Both the position numbers and the translations under genes were made by a program. This document shows, in pieces, positions 1 through 9,209 of a DNA stretch of 64,000 nucleotides (position 1 is its first letter; every line of letters begins with the position of its first letter). Under the pieces are notes generated by a model, which worked only from the letters and a program-made list of their open reading frames with translations, made no database searches and had not been told where the DNA came from. The stretch lies in IMG/VR virus record IMGVR_UViG_3300014039_000006; one strand, given 5' to 3'. The stretch comes from a virus.

Positions 1-1
1 T

Positions 2-391
2 CTTGGAAAAACCGCATACGCAAGAGGTCAGAAGCTAACGGGTACAATGCCGAACAATGGAGCGGTTACGGGAGAAATCACGGACAAAGATACGGATTAC
101 ACAGTTCCTCTTGGTTTCCATGACGGATCCGGAAAAGTGGGAATTGCAACAGCAGAAAAAGCAAAGATTATTGCCGGAAACATTAAGCAAGGCGTAACCC
201 TTCTTGGAGTTGAAGGTACATATTCCGGTGAGGGGGTAAATTTACAAGCTAAAACAGTTACTCCGTCAAAAACTGCACAGACGGTACAGGCAGATGCCGG
301 ATATGATGCCTTATCTTCTGTTACTGTAAATGCAATTCCTTACACGGAAACAGCTAATGCCGCCGGAGGAAAGACGGCAACAATCGGTTAA
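2..391 (+). CDS. tail fibre protein, C-terminal part (5' end outside window)
   Basis: Frame is open from the window edge. G/T/V-rich beta-strand motifs (KLTGT, VTGEI, GVTLLGVEGTY) are typical of Firmicute phage fibres. Lies directly upstream of the DGR target. Confidence 0.55.
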   Translation, partial: LGKTAYARGQKLTGTMPNNGAVTGEITDKDTDYTVPLGFHDGSGKVGIATAEKAKIIAGNIKQGVTLLGVEGTYSGEGVNLQAKTVTPSKTAQTVQADAGYDALSSVTVNAIPYTETANAAGGKTATIG

Positions 392-405
392 AGGAGCAAT
401 GGATT

Positions 406-1245
406 ATGGCAATTAATAAAGTGGAATATAGCGGAAATACATTAATTGACTTGACTTCTGACAGCGTGACACCGGAATCTTTGCTTTCCGGTGTCACTGC
501 GCATGATGCGTCAGGAAATTTGATTACAGGAGAACTTAATCCGCAAAAAATATTTGATAATGCCGGATATCACAACAGTATTTTTCGCGGAAAGAACTTG
601 GGAACGTCTGTCACGGAAGAACAATACGAAGCTATTTCTTCCGGAGAGTTCACAGATTTATTTGTTGGCGATTACTGGACTTTGAATAACGTAGTTTACC
701 GTATCGTCGGCTTTGACCTGTTTTTACATACAGGAGATACAGAACTTACAACGCATCACGTTGTTATTGTTCCTGATAAAAATATGTACAGTCACGCGAT
801 GAACGATACAAATGTGACTACAGGTGGTTATTATAACAGCAAAATGAAACAAAGTGGTCTGACACAGGCTCTGACTACGGTAAAGGCGGCATTTGGTGAA
901 AGTCACATAGTAAAAAGAAGAGTAATTTTGACGAATGCCATAAGTGGAGATAATCCATCCGGATGGGCGTGGTACGATACCTACATTGACCTTATGACAG
1001 AACGGCAGGTATATGGATCTCCTGCATGGGGACAGGCGGCACATAATGGATATGATGCCGGATGTGAGTATTCAAGACTCCCATTGTTTACACTTGCACC
1101 GGAATTTATCACAAATAGAGCATGGTATTGGCTGCGAGATATCCGGTCGTCGTCTGCCTTCGCCGATGTCGGCAGCCTTGGCGGTGCCGACGGCGCCGGC
1201 GCGTCCTACTCCGGCGGGGTTCGCCCGCTTTTTTTAATCTCTTAA
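406..1245 (+). CDS. DGR variable target protein 1 (fibre-associated receptor-binding candidate, CLec/DUF1566- or DUF6273-like C-terminus)
   Basis: 279 aa. N-terminus repeats fibre motifs (SGVTAHDASGNLITGEL). C-terminus WYWLRD..SSSAF..GGVRPLF is encoded by VR1. Confidence 0.9.
   Translation: MAINKVEYSGNTLIDLTSDSVTPESLLSGVTAHDASGNLITGELNPQKIFDNAGYHNSIFRGKNLGTSVTEEQYEAISSGEFTDLFVGDYWTLNNVVYRIVGFDLFLHTGDTELTTHHVVIVPDKNMYSHAMNDTNVTTGGYYNSKMKQSGLTQALTTVKAAFGESHIVKRRVILTNAISGDNPSGWAWYDTYIDLMTERQVYGSPAWGQAAHNGYDAGCEYSRLPLFTLAPEFITNRAWYWLRDIRSSSAFADVGSLGGADGAGASYSGGVRPLFLIS
1142..1226 (+). repeat. DGR variable region VR1
   Basis: Manual alignment to TR 1849-1933: 85 nt, 21 differences, all at TR adenines (21 of 25 A changed), no non-A differences. 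Confidence 0.9.
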
Positions 1246-1247
1246 TC

Positions 1248-1279
1248 GTCAATCGCCGCCCCGTGTGGGCGGAGTTGAC
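1248..1279 (+). promoter_or_regulatory. GC hairpin downstream of VR1 (DGR target-recognition hairpin candidate)
   Basis: GTCAA-tcg-CCGCCC-cgtgt-GGGCGG-ag-TTGAC. The same CGTGT loop follows VR2 and VR3. Confidence 0.7.
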
Positions 1280-1295
1280 GGAGAAAGGAACATAT

Positions 1296-1823
1296 ATGTC
1301 AGAAATACCAAAGTCAAGAAGAAAAGAATCAAAATTAGAAGTAATCCACAAAGCATATAGACTACGTTCAAGAATAACAAATGAGCTAATATGCAGTTTC
1401 GGATATTCTCAAAAGAAATATGAAGCACATTTAAACAAGGCGGTAAGACATATTCGGGATGAAACAGAACGTAAGGAGAAGAAAGAAGTTTTACGCAAAA
1501 TGGAAGAAAACTTTGATTTCTGGATTATTGAAAAAGAAAGAGATGATATCCTGCATTACACAAAAGGGATCGTAAATCATCTTATATCTGCAAACACGAT
1601 ATATCCGGTCAACGTACCGGAATATGAAGAGCGAAGACTGGAAATGGACAGGGCATTAGTGTGTTGCACGTGTCTTCAACAGGAATTGCAGTACATTGCA
1701 GAAGTTCTTCCGTCCGACAAGAATAAATACATGAACATAGTGCTTGAAATTCAAACGATTCGAGAAATGATAAAGGGACTTCGACAATCTGACAACAGAT
1801 TTTTAAGAGATATTAAGAAATAA
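1296..1823 (+). CDS. Avd-like DGR accessory protein (four-helix-bundle type)
   Basis: ATG at 1296 after GAAAGGAA. Basic helical protein with an ..ISAN..Y..R..L..A.. pattern, located between VR and TR. The longer track ORF from 1122 is just read-through of VR1. Confidence 0.6.
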   Translation: MSEIPKSRRKESKLEVIHKAYRLRSRITNELICSFGYSQKKYEAHLNKAVRHIRDETERKEKKEVLRKMEENFDFWIIEKERDDILHYTKGIVNHLISANTIYPVNVPEYEERRLEMDRALVCCTCLQQELQYIAEVLPSDKNKYMNIVLEIQTIREMIKGLRQSDNRFLRDIKK

Positions 1824-1848
1824 GAAGTATGTTAGGGTAACCTTTGTA

Positions 1849-1933
1849 TCCAGTCGTCGTCTAACTTCGCCAATGTCAACAACAATGGCAATGCCAACAA
1901 CAACGACGCGTCCAACTCCAACGGAGTTCGCCC
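1849..1933 (+). repeat. DGR template repeat (TR)
   Basis: 85 nt with 25 adenines, many in AAC triplets. Non-coding position just upstream of the RT. Matches VR1, VR2 and VR3. Confidence 0.9.
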
Positions 1934-2068
1934 GATTTCACAACTACCTACTTGACATAGATTCTACTGGTAGCAATGGGAAAGGAAAGGTTATCCATTC
2001 AGTGGAAACTGATAAAAGAAAATTCCGATATACTAAGTTACGACAAGGTATTAGAAACGGGGTTAAAT

Positions 2069-3292
2069 ATGAATCCATTAATAGATGCGAATAGTTTATA
2101 TGACGCCGGAACACTTGCAATAAAAAGCAGCAGCTTCAAGTACAAAACACAATTATTTGAAATGAACCATCTTTTGGAAACTGCATTATTGCAGAGAGAA
2201 TTGCAAGAAGGAACGTATAAGCCGGAAAAAGGAACAAAGTTTCTGATCCATGAAAGAGGAAAAATCAGATACATCACAAGCAACACGATGAGGGATAAAA
2301 CGGTTAACCATGTGTTGTGTGATGAAATCGTCATACCATCCATAGAAAAGTACTTGATTTACGACAACAGCGCTTCGCAGAAAGGCAAGGGAACTTCTTT
2401 TGCCAGAAAGAGACTGGAAGAACACTTGCACAGTTATTATAGAAAATATGGAACTAATGACGGCTATATCTTGTTGATGGATTTTTCTGGTTATTATGCA
2501 AATATTCCACACGATAAATGCAAGGACATTCTGTATAGAATGGTTTTCCGAGACGGACTTGAAGAAGAACCGACCAAAACAGTAATTGAAAATATTTTTA
2601 AATCCTACGAAATGGATGTTTCCTATATGTCTGATGAAGAAATAAAAGTCTTGTATAGCACAAAGGTAGATCCTGTAATGAACCAAAACGTTCCGAAAGA
2701 ATTGCTTACAGAACAAAAGATGCTAAAGAAAGGAGCGGACATAGGAAATCAGCTTGCTCAAGCAATAGGAATTACTTTTCCTTATAAGATTGATAATTAT
2801 GTGAAAATCGTAAGAGGGTGCAAATTTTACGCCAGATATACGGATGACAGCTATATTATTTCGAGCGATAGGGAATTTTTGTTTGATGTTTTGGACGGTA
2901 TTAAAGAAATTGCGGATGAACATGGAATCATATTGAACAAAAAGAAAACGAGGATAGTAAAGATTTCCTCGTTTTTCAGATTTATGCAGATAGGATATTC
3001 CCTAACTGCCACAGGAAAAGTGATAAAGAAAATAAATCCTAAAAATGTGAGAAGGGAAAGGGTGAAGCTGAAAAAATATAAAAAGTTGTTAGATAATGGA
3101 AAAATGACATATGCAGACATAGAAAATTGCTTTAAGTCTTGGATATGTACATACTGGAAAATTATGTCGCACCAACAATTATACAATATGAACGCCCTGT
3201 ATAAGGAGCTGTTTGGAAAGGGAATAAAATGGAAAACGAAAAATTCACGATTACATTGGTTGATGGAACACAGTTCACCGGACTTTCAATGA
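2069..3292 (+). CDS. DGR reverse transcriptase
   Basis: RYTDDSYII (YxDD) motif. IGNQLAQ resembles the DGR-RT (I/L)GxxxSQ motif. The ORF is open from 1976, but ATG 2069 clears the TR. Confidence 0.9.
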   Translation: MNPLIDANSLYDAGTLAIKSSSFKYKTQLFEMNHLLETALLQRELQEGTYKPEKGTKFLIHERGKIRYITSNTMRDKTVNHVLCDEIVIPSIEKYLIYDNSASQKGKGTSFARKRLEEHLHSYYRKYGTNDGYILLMDFSGYYANIPHDKCKDILYRMVFRDGLEEEPTKTVIENIFKSYEMDVSYMSDEEIKVLYSTKVDPVMNQNVPKELLTEQKMLKKGADIGNQLAQAIGITFPYKIDNYVKIVRGCKFYARYTDDSYIISSDREFLFDVLDGIKEIADEHGIILNKKKTRIVKISSFFRFMQIGYSLTATGKVIKKINPKNVRRERVKLKKYKKLLDNGKMTYADIENCFKSWICTYWKIMSHQQLYNMNALYKELFGKGIKWKTKNSRLHWLMEHSSPDFQ

Positions 3293-3528
3293 ATGGTAAC
3301 TGCTTCATTAGTAGTACGGAGATTGAGAAAGACAAACTTGCCGATGACAATCTTTTGACTGTCACAATTAACGAAGAAACGTATGAGAATATGACTTGCG
3401 ACAATCTTTGGGAGGATAATGGAGAATGGTGGTTTATCTTGCGTGAAAAGACCACAGAGGAACTGAAAGAATTAGAACTGAATGCAAAGATTGAGTTCTT
3501 GATGGCGATGCAGGGGGTAATTGAATGA
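3229..3528 (+). CDS. hypothetical protein (position equivalent to XkdW)
   Basis: 99-aa ORF. ATGA overlap with the next gene. Confidence 0.5.
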   Translation: MENEKFTITLVDGTQFTGLSMNGNCFISSTEIEKDKLADDNLLTVTINEETYENMTCDNLWEDNGEWWFILREKTTEELKELELNAKIEFLMAMQGVIE

Positions 3529-3659
3529 GCAAAAATTTTAAAAAAGTACAAATGTACTACAAGATGGGTATTTACAATAAGCAGATAGTTAAAATGCTCG
3601 TATGGAAGCTGATTACTTCCGACGAGTACGAATTAATCACCGGAGAAAAGTATGAATAA
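3525..3659 (+). CDS. XkdX-family small protein
   Basis: 44 aa: MSKNFKKVQMYYKMGIYNKQIVKMLVWKLITSDEYELITGEKYE. Matches the XkdX pattern (YY.MG.Y....V...V....IT..EY..ITGE.Y). Confidence 0.65.
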   Translation: MSKNFKKVQMYYKMGIYNKQIVKMLVWKLITSDEYELITGEKYE

Positions 3660-3891
3660 TCCAGAAGAAAAATTTACAAGATCTGATGTGGAAATAGCGA
3701 TAGAAGAAGCCATTGACAGTTATACATTGCGCCTTATGGTTGCGGATAGTAAAAAACCCGATCTGCTTATTCAATCGTACAAAAGATTGCATGAAGATGG
3801 AAAGATATTAAAGAAAGATCTTCTTGATCGTGTAATGTGGGAAATCATTACACAGGAAGAATACAATTACATAACCGGACAGGAGGTATAA
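3652..3891 (+). CDS. hypothetical protein with XkdX-like C-terminus
   Basis: 79 aa ending ITQEEYNYITGQEV. Confidence 0.5.
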   Translation: MNNPEEKFTRSDVEIAIEEAIDSYTLRLMVADSKKPDLLIQSYKRLHEDGKILKKDLLDRVMWEIITQEEYNYITGQEV

Positions 3892-3895
3892 GTAT

Positions 3896-4261
3896 ATGGA
3901 AGAATGCATTAAATTAATTGCTGTATTGGCAATCCTAGCGTTGGCAAACATTGTCGGCGGTGTGGTAAACAATGTTAAGTTAAAGAAGTTTTCTTTCAGC
4001 TGGAAAAAACTGCTGAATGGAGTGATTCAGTTTTTAGGAATTGGATTTATGTTTGTAGCGTTGGCATATTGCATAGAAACCATTCCAGAAATTGGAAATG
4101 CTCTGGGCGTACAACCCAAAACAATGATATTAGCTGCTATTACCATATATGCAAAGAAGATTTTCGAGCAGCTTAATGATTTTATCAATTTAAAGAAGGA
4201 AATAAAGGCAAATTCGGAAGAAGAAAAAGAAGAAGTAGACACAGAATATATGGATATGTGA
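3896..4261 (+). CDS. holin
   Basis: 121 aa with 2-3 hydrophobic helices and a charged C-terminal tail. Immediately upstream of the endolysin. Confidence 0.7.
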   Translation: MEECIKLIAVLAILALANIVGGVVNNVKLKKFSFSWKKLLNGVIQFLGIGFMFVALAYCIETIPEIGNALGVQPKTMILAAITIYAKKIFEQLNDFINLKKEIKANSEEEKEEVDTEYMDM

Positions 4262-4271
4262 GGTGGCAGAT

Positions 4272-5477
4272 ATGGAAGTAAAAGAGTTTATTGATAAAAT
4301 TGCAGAAAAAACCATTGCATCTTGCAAGGATGTAAACCTGTTGCCGTCACCGTCCATTGCACAGGCAATTATAGAAAGTGCGCATGGGACCAGTCAGCTT
4401 GCGGTAGAAGCTAATGCGTTGTTTGGAATTAAGGCAGACAGTAGATGGAGTGGAAAAACGTATCAGAAATCCACAAAAGAATTTCAAAACGGACAGTATG
4501 TTGATGTTGTGGCAAAATTTCGAATGTATGATACATGGGAAGAGTCTATTGAAGATCACGCACAGTTTCTTATAAAAAACAAAAGGTATTCAAACCTTGT
4601 AGGAGTAACGGATTACAAGGAATACTGCAAGTTGATAAAGGAAGACGGATATGCTACTTCGCCTACATACATCCAAACACTTATTGATTGCATTGAAAAA
4701 TACAACCTCACGCAGTATGATACCGATGAGGACCAGGAGGAAAAGCCGAAACAACCGAAAAAGATTCGGTCATTCAATGTTCATGCTGGGCATAACCCTA
4801 GCGGCAAAGTTGCTTGCGGTTCGGTGGGTTATCTGAACGAGTCCGATGAAAACCGGAATGTCTGCAATGGATTGATTGAAAAAATCAAGAACGCCGGACA
4901 CGTAGTTTATAACTGCACCTGTGATGACGGTACAAGCCAAAAAGATGTATTGCAAAAGATTGTAGCAAAGTGCAATCAACATACGGTTGATCTTGATATT
5001 TCCGTTCACTTCAATGCCTTGTCAAAGGAATACATTTCAGACAGTAAGACAAAGGGCGTTGAGGTGTGGATTCATCCGAATAACAAGGGAAAAGAAGTTG
5101 AAAAAACTGCACAGGCAATTTGTGACAGCGTAGCCAAATTGGGATTTACAAACCGTGGCGTCAAGTATTCTGACGGTCTTTATGTTCTTAAGAACACAAA
5201 ATCTCCGGCGATGCTGATTGAGTGTTGCTTTGTAGACGATGTAGACGATTTCCAGCTTTATGAATGTTCCAAAATGGTACAGGCTATTTATGACGGTCTT
5301 TCCATTGAAACAGTGGAAGATAAGGAAGAAAAGAAGTTGTACTATGTCATTGCCGGTGTATATTCTTCGGAAGAAAATGCAAAGGCATTTGCGGAATCAC
5401 TTGCAAGCAAGGGTTACCTGATGAATGCAGACGGCAACCTCATCCGTGGAATTACAACGCAGATTAAAGAAATGTAA
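4272..5477 (+). CDS. endolysin: GH73 glucosaminidase + Amidase_3-like + SPOR-like C-terminus
   Basis: AQAIIESAHGTSQLAVEANALFGIKA (GH73 motif). HAGHN...SVHFNA (amidase). C-terminal YYVIAGVYSSEENAKAF (SPOR-like). Confidence 0.85.
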   Translation: MEVKEFIDKIAEKTIASCKDVNLLPSPSIAQAIIESAHGTSQLAVEANALFGIKADSRWSGKTYQKSTKEFQNGQYVDVVAKFRMYDTWEESIEDHAQFLIKNKRYSNLVGVTDYKEYCKLIKEDGYATSPTYIQTLIDCIEKYNLTQYDTDEDQEEKPKQPKKIRSFNVHAGHNPSGKVACGSVGYLNESDENRNVCNGLIEKIKNAGHVVYNCTCDDGTSQKDVLQKIVAKCNQHTVDLDISVHFNALSKEYISDSKTKGVEVWIHPNNKGKEVEKTAQAICDSVAKLGFTNRGVKYSDGLYVLKNTKSPAMLIECCFVDDVDDFQLYECSKMVQAIYDGLSIETVEDKEEKKLYYVIAGVYSSEENAKAFAESLASKGYLMNADGNLIRGITTQIKEM

Positions 5478-5483
5478 GAAAAT

Positions 5484-5514
5484 GGGGATGTCATTACGGC
5501 ATCCCCTTATTTTT
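5484..5514. terminator. bidirectional rho-independent terminator
   Basis: GGGGATG-N8-(G)CATCCCC followed by a T-run, between convergent genes. Confidence 0.7.
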
Positions 5515-6307
5515 ATCTCACGCCTAAAGTCCCGTCAGAATTTAGAAATCCGACAATATATCCGATTTTATCATCAATGTCCCTATCTTTAAATACAAGG
5601 TTGCTATTGATAACGGAAATGTATTCCCATATTTTCTTCCCATTGACAATTCTATGAGTTTTCTGCACCAGATAAATATATCCGTCAAGGGTAACAATGC
5701 ATAATTCATTGTCAAGTGCGTCACGGTCAGCAGAAATCAAGATAATTTCACCTTGCATAAAATGTGGCATATAATAGTTACACGGCATTTTCAAACCGCA
5801 GTAAACCTTATTTCTGATGGATTCGGGTAAGTCATTGATGCATAGGGTTTCCGTGACATTGGTTGTCATTAAGTGGCTGTCGAGATATTTGGGAGTAAAG
5901 ACGGAAATGTATTTCTTCTTCCATTCAAGTTTCGAGTATATTTTCTGCTGATGCCGGATAAAATATCTCACCATGTACAAGGAATGTTCCGGAAGTGTTT
6001 TGCATATGGCAATAGATTCTTGCGTAACCGGGTTGATGCAATTTGCGCCAATCAAATCGTCAACACTGATTTTAAGAGCCTTTGCAATGGAAACGACCGT
6101 TGATAGCTGAATATCCTTTTTCCCCTTATCATAAAGGATATTATTTAGCGTTGCGGTAGATATTCCGGTAATTTCTGCAAACTCGCTTTGCGTCATATCC
6201 GGTTGCCCGGTATACAACATGATGTTGTTTCTCAAATTCTCAATACAATTTTCTGAATCATTTGAGAGTTTTGTCGATAAATAACGTATTCTTTCTTCTG
6301 TTAACAT
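5513..6307 (-). CDS. XRE-family HTH regulator with degenerate S24-like C-terminal domain (CI-like)
   Basis: HTH: MTQSEFAEITGISTATLNNILYDKG. The C-terminal beta-rich domain has no obvious Ser/Lys dyad. Confidence 0.75.
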   Translation of the reverse strand: MLTEERIRYLSTKLSNDSENCIENLRNNIMLYTGQPDMTQSEFAEITGISTATLNNILYDKGKKDIQLSTVVSIAKALKISVDDLIGANCINPVTQESIAICKTLPEHSLYMVRYFIRHQQKIYSKLEWKKKYISVFTPKYLDSHLMTTNVTETLCINDLPESIRNKVYCGLKMPCNYYMPHFMQGEIILISADRDALDNELCIVTLDGYIYLVQKTHRIVNGKKIWEYISVINSNLVFKDRDIDDKIGYIVGFLNSDGTLGVR

Positions 6308-6657
6308 AGTTTTCCCCTTTCACAAACGTGTTAAGATGTAAGTGTCTTCCATGAAAGGAAGATACAAGTTCCGGTTTGAGGGCGGTGTTTATTGGCGTTT
6401 TCACCGTCCTCATTTAAAAATATTATAAATCGGCGTAAAAAATCTCACAAGAAAAGATCATGTAAAATATTGCATTATGTGATAAATTGTTTGATAATTT
6501 AATTGTGTAAAAAGGGAATTGGGAGGTGCAAAATGGAAGAAGAGGATTATAAAAACAAAATCATTAAAATGATTAATGAAATGGAAAACGAAGATTTTCT
6601 TTTCAAAATTTATCATTATATAATTCCAAAATATAAGAAAGAAAAAGAAGCAGGAAA

Positions 6658-7026
6658 TTAATCCTGCTTCTTATATTTTTCCGACATTCCTTTAGCTATC
6701 TTTCTAAGAGCCTTCTTACTGTCTTCATCAAGTCCCATATAAACTGTAATTAAAGACTTTATAAAATCATCATCTGAATCATCGATCTCGGAAAGCAACT
6801 CTGTAAAGGTTCCGTCCTTTTCTTTGTAAACGTTTCCAGTGCCATTAATCAACCAATCTTCATTGACATTAAATTCCTTGCATATCAAAGCAAGAGTCTG
6901 ATCTGAAGGAAAATTTTCTCCGCTTTCTATTTTACATATTGCAGATCTTGAAATTGATAATTTTTTCGCAAATGCATTTTGACTTAATCCAGAATCGTTT
7001 CTGATTTTTTTGATTCTTTCATTCAT
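6658..7026 (-). CDS. XRE-family HTH repressor
   Basis: MNERIKKIRNDSGLSQNAFAKKLSISRSAICKIESGEN, with an AGGAGG RBS. Divergent from the early promoter. Confidence 0.8.
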   Translation of the reverse strand: MNERIKKIRNDSGLSQNAFAKKLSISRSAICKIESGENFPSDQTLALICKEFNVNEDWLINGTGNVYKEKDGTFTELLSEIDDSDDDFIKSLITVYMGLDEDSKKALRKIAKGMSEKYKKQD

Positions 7027-7088
7027 AACACAACCTCCTTTCTGAAAATATATTAGCATACAATGTTCATTTAGTCAACATAAAAGTA

Positions 7089-7117
7089 TTGACACATATC
7101 ATTTAATGTGCTAATAT
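7089..7117 (+). promoter_or_regulatory. early rightward promoter with overlapping palindromic operator
   Basis: TTGACA-17 nt-TAATAT. The ACACATAT...ATATGTGT palindrome spans the spacer and the -10. Confidence 0.65.
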
Positions 7118-7149
7118 GTGTACATCAGATGAACAAAGGAGGTGGATTT

Positions 7150-7317
7150 ATGGCAGATGTATTAGGAATGGTTATTCCGGAAAATGAGCAGGAAGAAATC
7201 AAAGAGTTTGTTTCAACATTATTGATTCTTCCAAAAGAAGATAGAGCGGTACTTCTTTCAAATGCTAATGCATTTAAGGTTCGTAGAGATATTGAAAAAG
7301 CAAAGAATGCGAGATAA
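7150..7317 (+). CDS. hypothetical early protein
   Basis: AGGAGG RBS. First gene after the early promoter. Confidence 0.5.
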   Translation: MADVLGMVIPENEQEEIKEFVSTLLILPKEDRAVLLSNANAFKVRRDIEKAKNAR

Positions 7318-7461
7318 GGAGTGGAATGGAGAACAATATTGATCTTTTAAAAGAAACTCTCTGTCAACAGTTGCAGCTATTGGCAGAGAGAAGCAAAAAA
7401 GAGGATATATCGGTGAAAGAACTTTGCGATATATCCAATGAAATGAACAAACTGGTAAGTG

Positions 7462-7656
7462 CTATTTACGGCTTAAGTGTTCGTTCAATATAGATTGAAT
7501 GTCGCTAATATTTCTTTGGATTGCTGGTAGTTCAGTAAGCATATCGTTTTGAGCCATATTTTGAACTGCACAACATTTCCTATTAAGACTATTAAAATAC
7601 CAAGCGCATTTATCTTTAATGCAATCTTGGAAGTTGTTTATAGGACATTTAGACAC
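7462..7656 (-). CDS. hypothetical Cys-rich protein
   Basis: 64-aa ORF with an AGGAGG-like RBS on the minus strand. Confidence 0.4.
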   Translation of the reverse strand: MSKCPINNFQDCIKDKCAWYFNSLNRKCCAVQNMAQNDMLTELPAIQRNISDIQSILNEHLSRK

Positions 7657-7705
7657 GGTATCACCTCCTTATAGGAGAGTATAACACACGGAAAGGAGAA
7701 ACGAA

Positions 7706-8500
7706 ATGGAGGAACTTGTTAAGGTGGACATGAGAACACCTATTGAAATTGCCCTTGATATTGATAATGAGGGAATGACAACGGCTAGAAAGTTGTATGA
7801 GTTCTTAGAACTTGATACAAGCCATTATTCAAGGTGGGTAAAGGCAAATATCATTGAGAATGAATTTGCTACGGAAAACGAGGATTATTTTTACTCGCCA
7901 TCAATGGCGAATGAACAAAGTAGGGGTAATTTTGCAGAAGATTATAAGTTGACGGCGCACTTTGCAAAGAAATTATCTGTCAAGGGAAATGGGGAAAAAG
8001 CAGAACAGGCAAGAGAGTATTTTACTACCGTAGAGGAACGAGTCAAGCAGAAAGCAATTGATATGTCACAACTTTCTCCGCAGATGCAAATGGTTATGTC
8101 TATGGCAGAGGGAATGGCAAGACAGGAATTGGAGCAGAAGCGACAGGCGAAGAAGATTGAGGAAGTACAACAGACCGTCAGCAATATGAAAGACATTTTC
8201 ACAACGCCGATTGGTGATTGGAAAAATGAGATTAACGCTAGGGTTCGCGAGATCGCCATTAAGAGTGGTATTCCTTATCAGGAGTTATACGGTCAGCTTT
8301 ACGGAGAACTGGAAAACAAGGCGCATTGCTGTTTAAGCCGTTTACAGGAAAACAAGAAAAAGAGAATGGAAAATGCCGGAAACACAAATACGGCAATTAA
8401 AGAAGGCACAACTAAGATTGCGGTTATTTGTGACAAACCACAGCTTAAAGAGATTTTTGAAAGTATCGTGAGGACTTATGCGATGCGGTACTGTTCGTGA
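7706..8500 (+). CDS. antirepressor (AntA/AntB-like N-terminal domain)
   Basis: ARKLYEFLELDTSHYSRWVKANIIENEF..EDY and KLTAHFAKKLS fit the AntA pattern. Confidence 0.7.
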   Translation: MEELVKVDMRTPIEIALDIDNEGMTTARKLYEFLELDTSHYSRWVKANIIENEFATENEDYFYSPSMANEQSRGNFAEDYKLTAHFAKKLSVKGNGEKAEQAREYFTTVEERVKQKAIDMSQLSPQMQMVMSMAEGMARQELEQKRQAKKIEEVQQTVSNMKDIFTTPIGDWKNEINARVREIAIKSGIPYQELYGQLYGELENKAHCCLSRLQENKKKRMENAGNTNTAIKEGTTKIAVICDKPQLKEIFESIVRTYAMRYCS

Positions 8501-8796
8501 AAGGAGTAGAAATGAAAACATATACACAGTTAAGCGGAGAAGTGATAAGAGGAAATGAGGAAGAAATTTATTTGACTAGAGTGCGGTCAAGTAACATTTT
8601 ACAATCTTTTTTCTGCAATGAAGAAAGGCTATATTGCATTTCTTCCCATGATTCGAAATTGATTCACAAAGATAAATCATATGAAGATGCAGTAACAATG
8701 ATTGTTGCAGAAGAGAAAGAAGAGATTACGCATTATTGTTACATAGTGATTGCAAATTGCTCTGGAACTTTTATATCTGAATGGGAGGATGTTTAA
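8497..8796 (+). CDS. hypothetical protein
   Basis: Overlap-coupled ORF in the early operon. Confidence 0.45.
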   Translation: MKGVEMKTYTQLSGEVIRGNEEEIYLTRVRSSNILQSFFCNEERLYCISSHDSKLIHKDKSYEDAVTMIVAEEKEEITHYCYIVIANCSGTFISEWEDV

Positions 8797-9209
8797 TGAA
8801 AAACCGAGAGAAATACGCAGACTTTCTTATTGAGTGTGCGATACGTGGAACAGGTGTTGCGGTTAACAAGGACGGCAAGCCTTGTAATTGCATGGATTTA
8901 GAGTGCGGAGATTGTCTTTTTAACAATCCGTCTGTGGATTGTGCAGAAATGACGAGAAAATGGGCGTACGCAGAGTATGAAGAGCCGAAAGTCGATTGGA
9001 GTAAAGTGCCGGTTGATACGAAGATGTGGGTTAGAAGTGCGAAAGATAAGCCGTGGATTCCGAGACATTATTCAGGAATGAGAGATCGCTCGGGAAATCC
9101 GCTTGTATTTGAAGATGGTTGCACATCGTTTACTTGCGAAAGAGATTCTTGCGGAAAGCCATTTTTAGGAGTTTATCTTGATTACAGATTTGATGAGGAT
9201 ATCTTATGA
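8796..9209 (+). CDS. hypothetical Cys-rich protein
   Basis: ATG 8796 after GGGAGG. Confidence 0.5.
   Translation: MKNREKYADFLIECAIRGTGVAVNKDGKPCNCMDLECGDCLFNNPSVDCAEMTRKWAYAEYEEPKVDWSKVPVDTKMWVRSAKDKPWIPRHYSGMRDRSGNPLVFEDGCTSFTCERDSCGKPFLGVYLDYRFDEDIL

Larger units (their letters stand above)
406..3292 (+). mobile_element. diversity-generating retroelement core cassette (target/VR1 - avd - TR - RT)
   Basis: Canonical gene order. The 85-nt TR and VR1 differ only at TR adenines. RT carries a YTDD motif. Confidence 0.9.

Noticed and set aside
1013-2094. Track ORFs 1013-1237(+), 1109-1351(-), the 1122 start of the Avd ORF, and 1873-2094(+)
   Set aside because: They are translations of the GC-rich VR1 or TR in alternative frames (R/P/T-rich). 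They have no RBS and overlap better-supported genes.
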